This document shows positions 1-10,419 of a stretch of DNA of 64,000 bases, in pieces. Origin of the DNA: Balanoglossus misakiensis (lineage: Eukaryota; Animalia; Hemichordata). The stretch lies in assembly GCA_040954595.2 (NCBI GenBank), contig CM082577.2, positions 20,000,303 through 20,064,302 on the forward strand. The letters are read 5' to 3'. A program made the translations under genes and the position numbers. Position 1 is the first letter of the stretch, and every line of letters begins with the position of its first letter. The notes under the pieces are model-generated. The model did not search any database. It saw only the letters and a list, made by a program, of their open reading frames with translations, and was not told where the DNA came from.

Positions 1-557
1 GAAAATTTTGTAAAATACGGTGCTCAAAGTTGCATTTTAATGAACTCGAAAGCAAATTAACTCAATGTTAGGGAGGACAAATTTTAATTTTGCCACTCCA
101 CTCAAAGTTAGAAGATTTGGCATCATCTTCATCATGACATCTTTTATAAAACTTCTAGTATATCAGTTATGCGAAATGGATTAAACGATTATTCTCCTTT
201 AGGTATTTACTTTGTTAAATATTATCATCTGTGGGTTCGGGGTGGCAAGCACTCTGCCCTGGTACACTAGACAAACCAGCAAAAAATGAAATGTGGCGGA
301 GAATGAAGGGGGTGGGTGTTGGAGGGGATGCCCCCCTCCCACATTTGAAAATTTTGTAAAATAAAGGGTGCGAAACTGCAATTTTGTGGACTCAAAAGCA
401 AAAGTTCGGTGGCCAAAGTATGTGACCCCCCCCCCAAACGTTTAAAAAAACCAGATGACCCCCCCCCCCCTTTTGGACTTCAAAATTTAAGTGACCCCCC
501 CCCTGGATTTTGCCCCCCCCCCCCCCCCCCAACCGGCCATAAAAACTGAATGGTCCC
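1..557. mobile_element. Right part of a PIF/Harbinger-like non-autonomous element with poly-C/G tracts, inserted in the DIRS RNase H region
   Basis: Ends ...GCCATAAAAACTGAATGGTCCC|TTA, the reverse complement of GGGACCGTTCAGTTTTTACGGC at 44219 and 49148. Bases 1-450 align to ~44827-45298. DIRS coding resumes directly after TTA. Confidence 0.65.
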
Positions 558-844
558 TTAGGCTGCGGTGGTGTTAGGGGACACGTCAAATCAGGGGGCC
601 GATGGTCCACAAAAGAATCAAGTTTTCACATTAATGTTATTAGCAGCATTTTTTGCTTTCTTTGTTTCTGATAGAAATGTACATGTGAGGCTGTTAACTG
701 ACAACACAACTGTAGTGTCATACATTATTCCCATGGGAGGAACAAAGTCAAAGGAATGTAATGACACAACTTTTAAATTATGGACATGGTGTGTGGGAAA
801 TAACATGTGGGTTTATAGTGCTGCATATTTACCAGGGTGTAAAA

Positions 845-1240
845 TAGCCCGGAGACCAGGGCGTAGGGGAAAAGAAACGCCCGGGGACAGTCTCTATTTA
901 CGAACAGAATTCTGTTCGTAGAACGACACGGGTGGTAAATCTTGCGTGTAAGCTAATTGGTCACTCAATGTAAACCAAATGACATCATCGCATTCTAAAT
1001 AAGGAAATAGAGGTGGAGTCATGTGTGAAATTCCCGCGACGGGATGTGGGAGTGGTTTACCAAGCTTTGTTAATTATATCATCCAACCACTGGTGCCCGT
1101 CAACATTTGATAGATCACTCGTTATCCATTCGTTACTAAGCGACCCTGATCGTTGCCAGGGCTACTATCTTTCAGCTCAGCAGGACTTGCACGACTGTCC
1201 CCGGGCCTTGTATTCTATATACGCCCTGGTCTCCGGGCTA
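845..1240. mobile_element. MITE with TAG...CTA termini and 9-bp TSD
   Basis: TIR TAGCCCGGAGACCAGGGCGTA / TACGCCCTGGTCTCCGGGCTA. TSD GGTGTAAAA at 836-844 and 1241-1249. Second copy at 18630-19063. Confidence 0.9.
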
Positions 1241-1491
1241 GGTGTAAAATTACTGTAGCAGACTTTAGAATCCCGTCATTTCCAAGATCAAACTGAATGG
1301 ATACTCAAAATTGAGATTTTTTCATAAGGTGACAGAACACTGGAGTTCCCAACATATAGACCTGTTTGCATCAAGGCTTAATTTCAGATTGCCTACTTAC
1401 ATATCTTGGAAACCAGATGCAAATGCTAAGTTTGTGATGCTTTTTCTGTCAACTGGACTGACCTATATTTCTATGCATTTCCCCCTTTTAG

Positions 1492-1525
<34 letters not shown>

Positions 1526-1985
1526 TTTAATTCTTAAAAAACGCTTTCCATGTAAAAAGACATCCCAAAGCGCTGTACATCGCTGCTTAAAAATACAAAG
1601 ACAAGTAAAATGCTTAAAATGTATAATAAAAAAATATAGACAATGGTTAAAAATGGATAAAAAAGTCATTCCCTGAATAAAAACGTTTTAAGGTTGGATT
1701 TAAAAACATTAAAATTCTCACTGCTACGGAGTGGAACCGGTAGCTTATTCCACAACAGTGGTGCTCTTGTAGAGAATGACCTGTCACCATAAAAGACTGT
1801 GTTAACTTTGGGATGATCAAGAATAAAAGAACAATCAGTTGTAGAACGAAGGTTACGGACAGAAGAACGAACACTTATGAGCTCCTTCAGGTACGACGGA
1901 GCCATATTATTTAAAACTTTGTAGGTTAAACAAAGAATTTTAAAATCAATCCGTTTCTGTATAGGAAGCCAGTGCAATCTCTTAA

Positions 1986-2426
1986 ACCCCGGTGCGGGGT
2001 ATAAAAGACCCCCCAAATCAGTGGCGAATCTTAATGCCGTTTGACTGACAACAGACAACACCAACGATCTTGGCTCTATGAAAATCGGCCCAAACAGGTC
2101 CAAGCATAAAGAATTACACCACACAACGACAGTAGTTGGCTTTATAAACACACACAACATAAAGTTATCGACGAAAAAGTACTCGAGCTTATGAAACAAC
2201 GATGATTTTGGGAGAAATCTGGTTTCAGTGCTTTTCAGAAGCGTCCCTGGGAAACAATAACCATGCCATTCAAACAGCTGTCAATCGCGTGGAAGTGTGA
2301 AGTGTTCAATTATTTTCTGTGTACATGAGTGCCAATTACACAGTCATTATGCAGGACGACCACTCCCAAATAAACAACTATACAAACACACGTTAATCCG
2401 AACCCCAGGACTTTCCGCACCGGGGT
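1986..2426. mobile_element. TTAA-targeting non-autonomous DNA transposon (piggyBac/Kolobok-like) inside the L2
   Basis: TTAA|ACCCCGGTGCGG ... CCGCACCGGGGT|TTAA. Removing it restores HIIPLLK-RLHWLP. Confidence 0.85.
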
Positions 2427-2786
2427 TTAAGTAGTGGTATAATATGTTCTGTTTTCCTGCTTTTAGTGACTAAACGTGCAGCGGCATTCTGAATAGACTG
2501 TAACTTATTGATTTGATAATTTGGCAGACCATAAAGAAGGCTGTTACAATAGTCTAACCTAGAATTTACAAAAGCATGAACAAGTTTTTCAGTTGATTCT
2601 TGGTCTAGACAATTCCGGATTTTACTAATCCTCCACAAAGCAAAAGACGCTGATTTACACAAACTGGAAACATGTGATGTCATGGTCATCGAAACATCAA
2701 ATGTGACACCGAGGTCAATCACTGTAGGTGATGAATGGACGCTGATATCCCCGACTTGTACATCACACTCTCGTGGTCGGTCCCTA

Positions 2787-4262
2787 CCCTTACGAAAAAA
2801 TAAGGCTTCTGGCGAACAGTTGTGGTAAACTTACCACAACCTTGCGGCACATATACCGCAACTGTTTGCGGCGCACGCGCGGCTAATGCATATTTTCGCA
2901 TGCAAATGAGCTGTTGCGGCGCATAGTTGCGGTAAACATACCGCAACTTTGTGGCACATATGCGGCACGTATGCCAAAACGGGTTTGCGGCGTACATGCC
3001 GCAAAATCTGCCCTCTTGCAACTTTGCGGCGCATATACCGCAACTGTTTGCGGCGCATGCGCGGCTAATGCATATTTTCGCATGCAAATGAGCTGTTGCG
3101 GCGCACAGTTGCGGTAAACGTACCGCAACTTTGCGGCACATATGTGGCACGTATGACAAAACAGGGGTTTGCGGCGTATATGCCGCAAATTATGACCTCT
3201 TGTTAATACATGTAATTAATCCCTACTGTGGCCCCTTCCTAGCTACCAGCCACCCGTGAAAAGAATTGCCAATCTATCCATTCTGTTCTGAAGTTTGCAT
3301 ACTTCACAGTACATGTATCTTGGTTCAGCAAATCTTAATTCTCATGTGAATTTGGTGTGTCATATTCATACATGTACTTCCCATAAGGAGAGTTATCCCA
3401 AGTATATTCAACAGGCTTAGACCAAACATCCTTTCTTTGTGAAATTGTGACCCTCATTGTTTATTTCAAGTTCAACAGCAGGCATTATTTTATAGTTATC
3501 TCAAGTGATTCAACTACCACAGAAACCAACAAAATTTAGAAAACTCACCCAGCTGTATATACATGTCATTGCAATGTTCTTGTCTCAAGTGTCCTCTTAC
3601 TGGTATATGTCTTGGATCAACACCAGAGTTTTTCTTTTGCAGATACTTTTCCATTTAGTCTGACTTTAAGTACAAGATTATGACAATCATCCTCAGGAAA
3701 TTGTTCAAACTACTGACCTCTGGTAATGCACAAATATCGCTACCACAGTATTCAAGTGAAGCAGCTTCCAGCTGTATGGATTGGTGACATCAAATTCATG
3801 GTTTTTGATGGGCACAGAGATCACAGTGTAACCTTGCACAATCAAAATGTCCGCCTAAATGAAAACAGCCTCATTCTCGTTTCTGCACATGTCACCAAAT
3901 AAGTAATTATTAACTAGCTGAGCATTCAAATTATGTTAATTGAACTTTCTGGCATATATACCGCAACCGTGCCGCAACAGACTCCACTGATCACGAGATA
4001 ATATCAAACTCCCTGTTTACTTTACTTTTGCGGTATATGCGCCGCAAAAGGCTCCACTGATCACCAGTAGTACAAGACACTCTGTGTTTACTTAAATGTT
4101 GCGGCATACGTGCCGCAAAAGTCTTGACTGATCGCCAGAAGTGTGCCGGTACTGGCGATCATCGGCGATTAGTCGCCACAAAGTTGCGGTCAGAAATTTG
4201 CGTGCCGCACATGTGCCGTAACTTCGCCGCATGTTTGCCACAAGAAAACAACTTCGTAAGGG
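2787..4262. mobile_element. 1476-bp non-autonomous DNA transposon, copy A (EnSpm/CACTA-like)
   Basis: TA|CCCTTACGAA ... TTCGTAAGGG|TA. Dense subterminal TGCGG..CCGCA palindromic repeats, including a ~182-bp duplication. AT-rich non-coding core. Confidence 0.85.
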
Positions 4263-4405
4263 TATCGCCAAACTTAGAAGAGAATCTAATCACTTCGGTC
4301 TTACTATCGTTAAGTACAAGCATGTTATCATGCATCCACTGGCGAATTTCACTTATACAGTTCTCAATAATTTTACTCGGGACACAATCACGAGAGCAAA
4401 CAATA

Positions 4406-5881
4406 CCCTTACGAAGTTGTTTTCTTGTGGCAAACATGCGGCGAAGTTACGGCACATGTGCGGCACGCAAATTTCTGACCGCAACTTTGTGGCGACTAAT
4501 CGCCGATGATCGCCAGTACCGGCACACTTCTGGCGATCAGTCAAGACTTTTGCGGCACGTATGCCGCAACATTTAAGTAAACACAGAGTGTCTTGTACTA
4601 CTGGTGATCAGTGGAGCCTTTTGCGGCGCATATACCGCAAAAGTAAAGTAAACAGGGAGTTTGATATTATCTCGTGATCAGTGGAGTCTGTTGCGGCACG
4701 GTTGCGGTATATATGCCAGAAAGTTCAATTAACATAATTTGAATGCTCAGCTAGTTAATAATTACTTATTTGGTGACATGTGCAGAAACGAGAATGAGGC
4801 TGTTTTCATTTAGGCGGACATTTTGATTGTGCAAGGTTACACTGTGATCTCTGTGCCCATCAAAAACCATGAATTTGATGTCACCAATCCATACAGCTGG
4901 AAGCTGCTTCACTTGAATACTGTGGTAGCGATATTTGTGCATTACCAGAGGTCAGTAGTTTGAACAATTTCCTGAGGATGATTGTCATAATCTTGTACTT
5001 AAAGTCAGACTAAATGGAAAAGTATCTGCAAAAGAAAAACTCTGGTGTTGATCCAAGACATATACCAGTAAGAGGACACTTGAGACAAGAACATTGCAAT
5101 GACATGTATATACAGCTGGGTGAGTTTTCTAAATTTTGTTGGTTTCTGTGGTAGTTGAATCACTTGAGATAACTATAAAATAATGCCTGCTGTTGAACTT
5201 GAAATAAACAATGAGGGTCACAATTTCACAAAGAAAGGATGTTTGGTCTAAGCCTGTTGAATATACTTGGGATAACTCTCCTTATGGGAAGTACATGTAT
5301 GAATATGACACACCAAATTCACATGAGAATTAAGATTTGCTGAACCAAGATACATGTACTGTGAAGTATGCAAACTTCAGAACAGAATGGATAGATTGGC
5401 AATTCTTTTCACGGGTGGCTGGTAGCTAGGAAGGGGCCACAGTAGGGATTAATTACATGTATTAACAAGAGGTCATAATTTGCGGCATATACGCCGCAAA
5501 CCCCTGTTTTGTCATACGTGCCACATATGTGCCGCAAAGTTGCGGTACGTTTACCGCAACTGTGCGCCGCAACAGCTCATTTGCATGCGAAAATATGCAT
5601 TAGCCGCGCATGCGCCGCAAACAGTTGCGGTATATGCGCCGCAAAGTTGCAAGAGGGCAGATTTTGCGGCATGTACGCCGCAAACCCGTTTTGGCATACG
5701 TGCCGCATATGTGCCACAAAGTTGCGGTATGTTTACCGCAACTATGCGCCGCAACAGCTCATTTGCATGCGAAAATATGCATTAGCCGCGCGTGCGCCGC
5801 AAACAGTTGCGGTATATGTGCCGCAAGGTTGTGGTAAGTTTACCACAACTGTTCGCCAGAAGCCTTATTTTTTCGTAAGGG
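4406..5881. mobile_element. 1476-bp non-autonomous DNA transposon, copy B, inverted relative to copy A
   Basis: Same termini and TA TSD. Mirrored ORFs in the track are identical and paired coordinates all sum to 8668. Confidence 0.88.
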
Positions 5882-6666
5882 TATACAACTGAGAGTCATC
5901 AGCATTAAACATACTTTGTAGACTGTGTTTATCTATAATGTCCTCAAGCGGAGTCGTATACAAACTAAATAAAACCGGTCCCAAGACAGAGCCCTGTCCA
6001 GCGGTTGTGCCTCCGACATCACCGACCCAATACGTACTCTCATTGTTCTGCCTTGTAAATATGAAGTAATCCAGTTGAGAACGGTATTAACCAAGGTTCT
6101 TCAGAAAATAGAACAGGACAAAGCAACAAGAATATTGATAGCACCTTTATGGACAATACAGGTGTGGTATCTGAAAATGTTGTAACAATTGCTACTTCCC
6201 TTGCAACTGAGGACTTGATGACAATGCCACATTCTGACACACTTCATCCCCTGAGAAAGAAAATAGGGCTGGTGGCATGCAAATTGTCAGCAAATCCCTT
6301 GAGAAACAAGGAATTTCGCCAAGAGCTTTCAACATCATCTTGGCATCATGGAGAACAGGAACTAATTAAAGCTGCAAGCAGCATTGAAGGGGCCCAAGCA
6401 AATAGAGATAATCATGACAAATCCATTGCATCAAGTGTCAATGCTGTATCTTCTGTGGATGCTAAGATATGGGAAAGAAGGTCAAAGAGGTCACCAAAAG
6501 TCTAGGCAATAATTCTTGACCCTATACTGGTCCATGTGAAACAAAAAACACTTCTCTAGCCCTATTGGTTAGTCTGGAATTAGGGATGTGCATAATTAAT
6601 GATGTAAAGTGTAAGACTCCATTCAGTGTTCTATCCCTCCAAATGCCTAGGCTGTACCTGCTCTGG

Positions 6667-7063
6667 TAGTCTAGAATCTATCCGTTCGTAGTCGCATTCA
6701 CCCTACTACCGTCTAGGAACGCCTAACCAAAATCTAGTAAGGCCATAAAAATGGTAATTTGAATGTGAATAGTCTCCAACTGAGCAGTCTGACGTCAGAG
6801 AAGTCAATCACTTACGTTGACCGACTACTGATTGGCTATCAATGTTAATGAGGTGATGACGTTGAATGTTAATTATGTTTACAATGTAGCTCCGCCCCGA
6901 ATGATACATAATCATGATCACGTGGTGACGCTTGACGTCAGATTGCTCAGTTGGAGACTATTCACATTCAAATTACCATTTTTATGGCCTTACTAGATTT
7001 TGGTTAGGCGTTCCTAGACGGTAGTAGGGTGAATGCGACTACGAACGGATAGATTCTAGACTA
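6667..7063. mobile_element. Foldback MITE with TAG...CTA termini and 9-bp TSD
   Basis: ~130-bp TIRs starting TAGTCTAGAATCTATCCGTTCGTAGTCG. TSD CTGCTCTGG at 6658-6666 and 7064-7072. Confidence 0.92.
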
Positions 7064-7338
7064 CTGCTCTGGATGCCGAGATATGTGAAAGTATGTCAAA
7101 GGTCACCTGAGGTCACCCAAAATTCTAGCCCTATTAGCCTGTAATTAGGTATGCACATAATTAATGAGTTAAGCAGGTGTCACAGGTGACGCCTGAATTT
7201 GGCATTTCATTATGGTCCCATCCCTCCAAACACTAAGGCTGTACCTGCTCTGGATGCTGAGATATGGGAAAGTAGGTCAAAGGTCAACTAAGGTCACCCA
7301 AAACTTGGGCAAAAAATTTGGACCCGATACTTGTCCAT

Positions 7339-7927
7339 AGAGAGGTTTAGTTACACGTAAATACGTTCGATCAGTACGCGTAGCGTCGTTGTCACGTGAT
7401 ATTAAGCAGACGTCGCGTACGTGTAGAGCAGACTTCGGAACGGCAAGCAACGCTTCTACGCGTATAAATCATGATTACGTGTAACATTTTTGCGGATTTC
7501 ACGATACTCGCTCTTTAATTTGAGCGATTGATCTCTGAAGTGCAATTGTGATGTAGCCATCATCCATGTAATCTGAAAAATTTCTGCCATATGTGCTAAA
7601 ACTGACTGTATTTGGTGTTTTCAAAACATGATCACAAAAAATCATTCCCAAACTACGTTTTCAGTGGACGCCTCGACAAAGACATCGGAAAACCTAACAA
7701 ATTCCACTGCAGTCAAGAAACTTATTGCAAGGGTGGTGATCTTAGACAATATTCATCACACACAAAATTTATTGAAGTGAAAAATATTTGAATTTTCTAT
7801 TGTTTTTAAATATTTTAGTTATTCAAAACGGACAACTAAACTGCAAAATTCACGCGTCGCTACGCATACGCGAACGCCATTGCCTGCCGTCAGACGTACG
7901 CGTATTTACGTGTAACTAAACCTCTCT
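7339..7927. mobile_element. MITE with 3-bp TSD (Harbinger-like)
   Basis: CAT|AGAGAGGTTTAGTTACACGTAAATACG ... CGTATTTACGTGTAACTAAACCTCTCT|CAT. Confidence 0.8.
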
Positions 7928-9120
7928 CATGTCCAACAAAAACCAAATTTTGATCGGATCTGGCGACCAGGTCACGTGACTAATTAAACATGCAAAGGTT
8001 CCATGCACTAGTACTCATTGGCCCCAACGTCTGTGCCAAGTTTCAGAAGCGCAGGTGCAGCAGTTTTTGAGATCTAGGTGAGCAAAAAAACGACTCAAGA
8101 ATAAAGAAGAAAAATCTCAGCAATTACAATAGGGGCCCAAGCAGAGGGCTTGGGCCCATAAAAAAAGCCGTACAAGTGTTACATTGACAGATGGATTCTC
8201 TAGCTTCCATTGATTTCCTTGTTAGCCAATATGACAGAGGTTGTGGGTACAGTGCTATTAAAGAATACTGCACGATGTGCATTGTCAACACTCATTACAA
8301 CTACAGGCAACTGTACTTTTGGTTCTCATCCCCTGGTAACTCGTTTCATGAAAGGTGTTTTCCAAACTAGACCTTTGTTGCCACAATACAAGGATGTATG
8401 GAATGTACAACTAGTATTGAACTATCTTCAGAGATTATCCCCAGTAAGGACATTGACTCTTAAAGATTTGACATTATTGATGTTAATTTATTTAAACCTC
8501 ATAGTACACGTGCTGCTGCCACTTCTGCAGCCAAGAGGAAACAAGTTCCTGTGGAGGTTGTTATGCAAATAGCAGGTTTGACTTCCTCCAACACTCTTGC
8601 CAGGTACCATAACAAGCCAGTCTGTAAGAATTATGATTTTTCTGGAATATTATTGTAAGTTTCTTATATTTGAATAATTGTATTTTATGTGACAATATAA
8701 CAGATGCAGAGTGCATATTGGGTGTTGTGTTTTGTTTTCATTCACACATCAGATACTTTAAAGTGTCGTGTGATCCCGAAGTATGGGATAACGAGGTACA
8801 ATGGATAAATTAAAGGAGCCTGAAAGCTGAAGTTTGATTGAAATTCTATCGAGTTATCTTAGTACTGAAGGGATTACATGCCACAGCCGATACTCCCACC
8901 CTTGCATGTATTGCATGCGGGAAAGTTGAGAGTTTGACACTAATGTCTTGTATTTGTACTTGCTGATGCATGTGTTCATTCTTTTGTTAAAGTCTGAAGT
9001 TGTGCAGTACGTTGCAGTGCTCATCCCTTCAGTACTAAGATAACTCGGTAGAATTTCAATCAAACTTCACATTTCAGACTCCTTTAATTTATCCATTTTG
9101 CACTCACATCAAGGCATGTA

Positions 9121-9585
9121 ATAAATAATATTATTATACATCTAGTGCCGAGAACAATAGATTTTGGCGTGCAATAAAAAGCCGTACGGAACGGTACGTA
9201 CGGAACGCGCGTTAAATAAGTTTTAGGTTTCAAGGCGCCCCAACTCACCGTGTACAGGTATGCGTTGTTATGCGGACGGTTTCAAGGCGCCCCCACTCCA
9301 ACGCACGTGCGCACACGTAAACAAAAAAGAAAGATGGCTGCTCACTGAGTCAACTGAGCGGTTTTCGATCGATTGTATCGGCATTTTGGGTGTTTTGAAA
9401 GCCAAGTAACATGCAAAACAAGAACTAACGGAGATGTAAGATGTATAATAATAAGGTTATTACGAAAATACCGGAAAGTATGCACTCGGACATTAGCGCA
9501 GCGCATCGCCCTCCGCTGCGCGTCGGGCGATACTCAGTGCTAATGTCCTCGTGCATACTTTGCGGTATTTTCGTAATAACCTCAT
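9121..9585. mobile_element. Non-autonomous element ending in a long mismatched hairpin (Crypton-like)
   Basis: CpG-rich body followed by a 129-bp imperfect palindrome at 9454-9582. Same architecture as 38618-39188. The family call is inference. Confidence 0.45.
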
Positions 9586-9601
9586 AGTATCAGCTACTCA
9601 C

Positions 9602-9634
9602 CTTTGTCAAATCATGAAGCTTGGATTGAAGTTC
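9602..9634 (-). CDS. ABAT: ABAT coding exon 3 (33-nt microexon, ELQSKLHDLTK)
   Basis: atacag|GAACTT...ACAAAG|gtgagt, phase 0-0. Corresponds to the short ELMKQLNIIQ segment that follows PGPRSQ in human ABAT. Confidence 0.8.
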
Positions 9635-9819
9635 CTGTATTAACAAAAATTATGAAAAATGTCAATGTCTTAAGTGTAACAAAGTTTAGTAAGTCAAGAA
9701 TTGTGATTCAGAGAGTATACCTGCTATTGTACAATTCTGTACTTGTACAGTATTTACAATCCCACAACAACTGACATACACATGGCATGGGCGTTGCTTA
9801 TAGTTGGAAAATAATGATC

Positions 9820-10165
9820 AGGGACAAAGTCTCTCTCTCTCGCTGCCCTTTTTCCATTAATTATGTTTGATACAAGACACTGTTCATGTTATTCTACATG
9901 TGGATATATAGAGAATCAACATTCAATGACACACAACTTCCATCCCGTTTTTAGGATATGAGAGTAAAAATCCTGCCAAAATGAATCAATGGTAAACACT
10001 GAATATTCATTTTGGCAAGTTTTTCACTCTCATGTGTACAAGTAGGATGGAAGTTGTGTGTGGTTGAATGTTGATTCACTATATATCCACATGTAGAATA
10101 TAAATGGTGTCTTGTATCAAATATAATTTATGGAAAAAGGGCAGCGAGAGAGAGACTTTGTCCCT
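9820..10165. mobile_element. Palindromic MITE (Kolobok-like, AGGG...CCCT|TTAA)
   Basis: Nearly the whole element is an inverted repeat (AGGGACAAAGTCTCTCTCTC.. / ..GAGAGAGAGACTTTGTCCCT). A related right arm is at 32390-32584. Confidence 0.75.
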
Positions 10166-10330
10166 TTAATGAGTGACATCTGTGCCATGGCAACAGCATA
10201 TTGCTAGTGTGTCACGTAAGGTTATTGACTTTAACAACGTCACGGTCAAGATCAAGTGGTGACCTTGTTGCCGTGACATCGCATTTGAGGTTCTATTGAC
10301 ATGCAAAAAAGTATATGTAGAGAAATTCAC

Positions 10331-10419
10331 CTTTGACTTTGGACCAGGTACCGTTGTCTTCATCATGGGTTTATCATATTCATCAGGGAAGAGTTTTGTC
10401 ACTTGTGAAGAAAATCGAA
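10331..10419 (-). CDS. ABAT: ABAT coding exon 2 (4-aminobutyrate aminotransferase, mitochondrial)
   Basis: ttctag|TT CGA...TCAAAG|gtgaat, phase 1-0, 89 nt. Peptide (V)RFSSQVTKLFPDEYDKPMMKTTVPGPKSK resembles human DYDGPLMKTEVPGPRSQ. Confidence 0.88.

Larger units (their letters stand above)
1498..6085 (-). mobile_element. 5'-truncated L2-clade LINE (RT C-terminal half), split by three DNA-transposon insertions
   Basis: The minus-strand peptide reads across the insertions: VLNWITSYL..QGSVLGPVLFSLYT..NADDSQLY|IVCS..WMHDNMLVLNDSKTE|..DLGVTFD..SRLDYCNSLLYG..HIIPLLK|RLHWLP..FKSNLKTFLF. It ends in an L2-type TGTACAGCGCTTTG 3' end and an (ATT)n tail at 1498-1524. Confidence 0.88.
6366..8160. mobile_element. 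Helentron-associated (HINE-like) element, family AAAGCTGCAAGCAGC, inside DIRS
   Basis: One end is AAAGCTGCAAGCAGCATTGAAGGGGCCCAAGC. The other is a hairpin GGGCCCAAGC-AGAGG-GCTTGGGCCC (asymmetric subterminal IR). Degenerate internal repeats. Related copies at 14299 and 45416. DIRS YR coding resumes after it. Confidence 0.65.
561..9097 (+). mobile_element. Degenerate DIRS1-type tyrosine-recombinase retrotransposon (3' half), interrupted by several insertions
   Basis: RNase H motifs GGRWS..HINV and HVRLLTDNTTVVSYI..MGGTKS (561-840). Continuation HIDLFASRLN..YISWKPD..YAFPPFS (1250-1495), then KVLQKIEQDKA..IAPLW..WY (6088-6360). YR region SWRTGT|KKPYK..RW, HPLVTRFMKGVF..RP..P.Y..VW and FKPHSTRAAATSAA (8160-8620). 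Terminal inverted pair 8800-8874/9023-9097. Frameshifts and stops throughout. Confidence 0.85.

Noticed and set aside
4780-5125. Possible captured exon inside the twin element (cag ... gtgagt)
   Set aside because: No long open frame or recognisable peptide was found.
2719-5892. Overlapping Cys/Ala/Arg-rich ORFs on both strands
   Set aside because: They arise from GC-rich subterminal repeats of the twin transposons and show no domain motifs.
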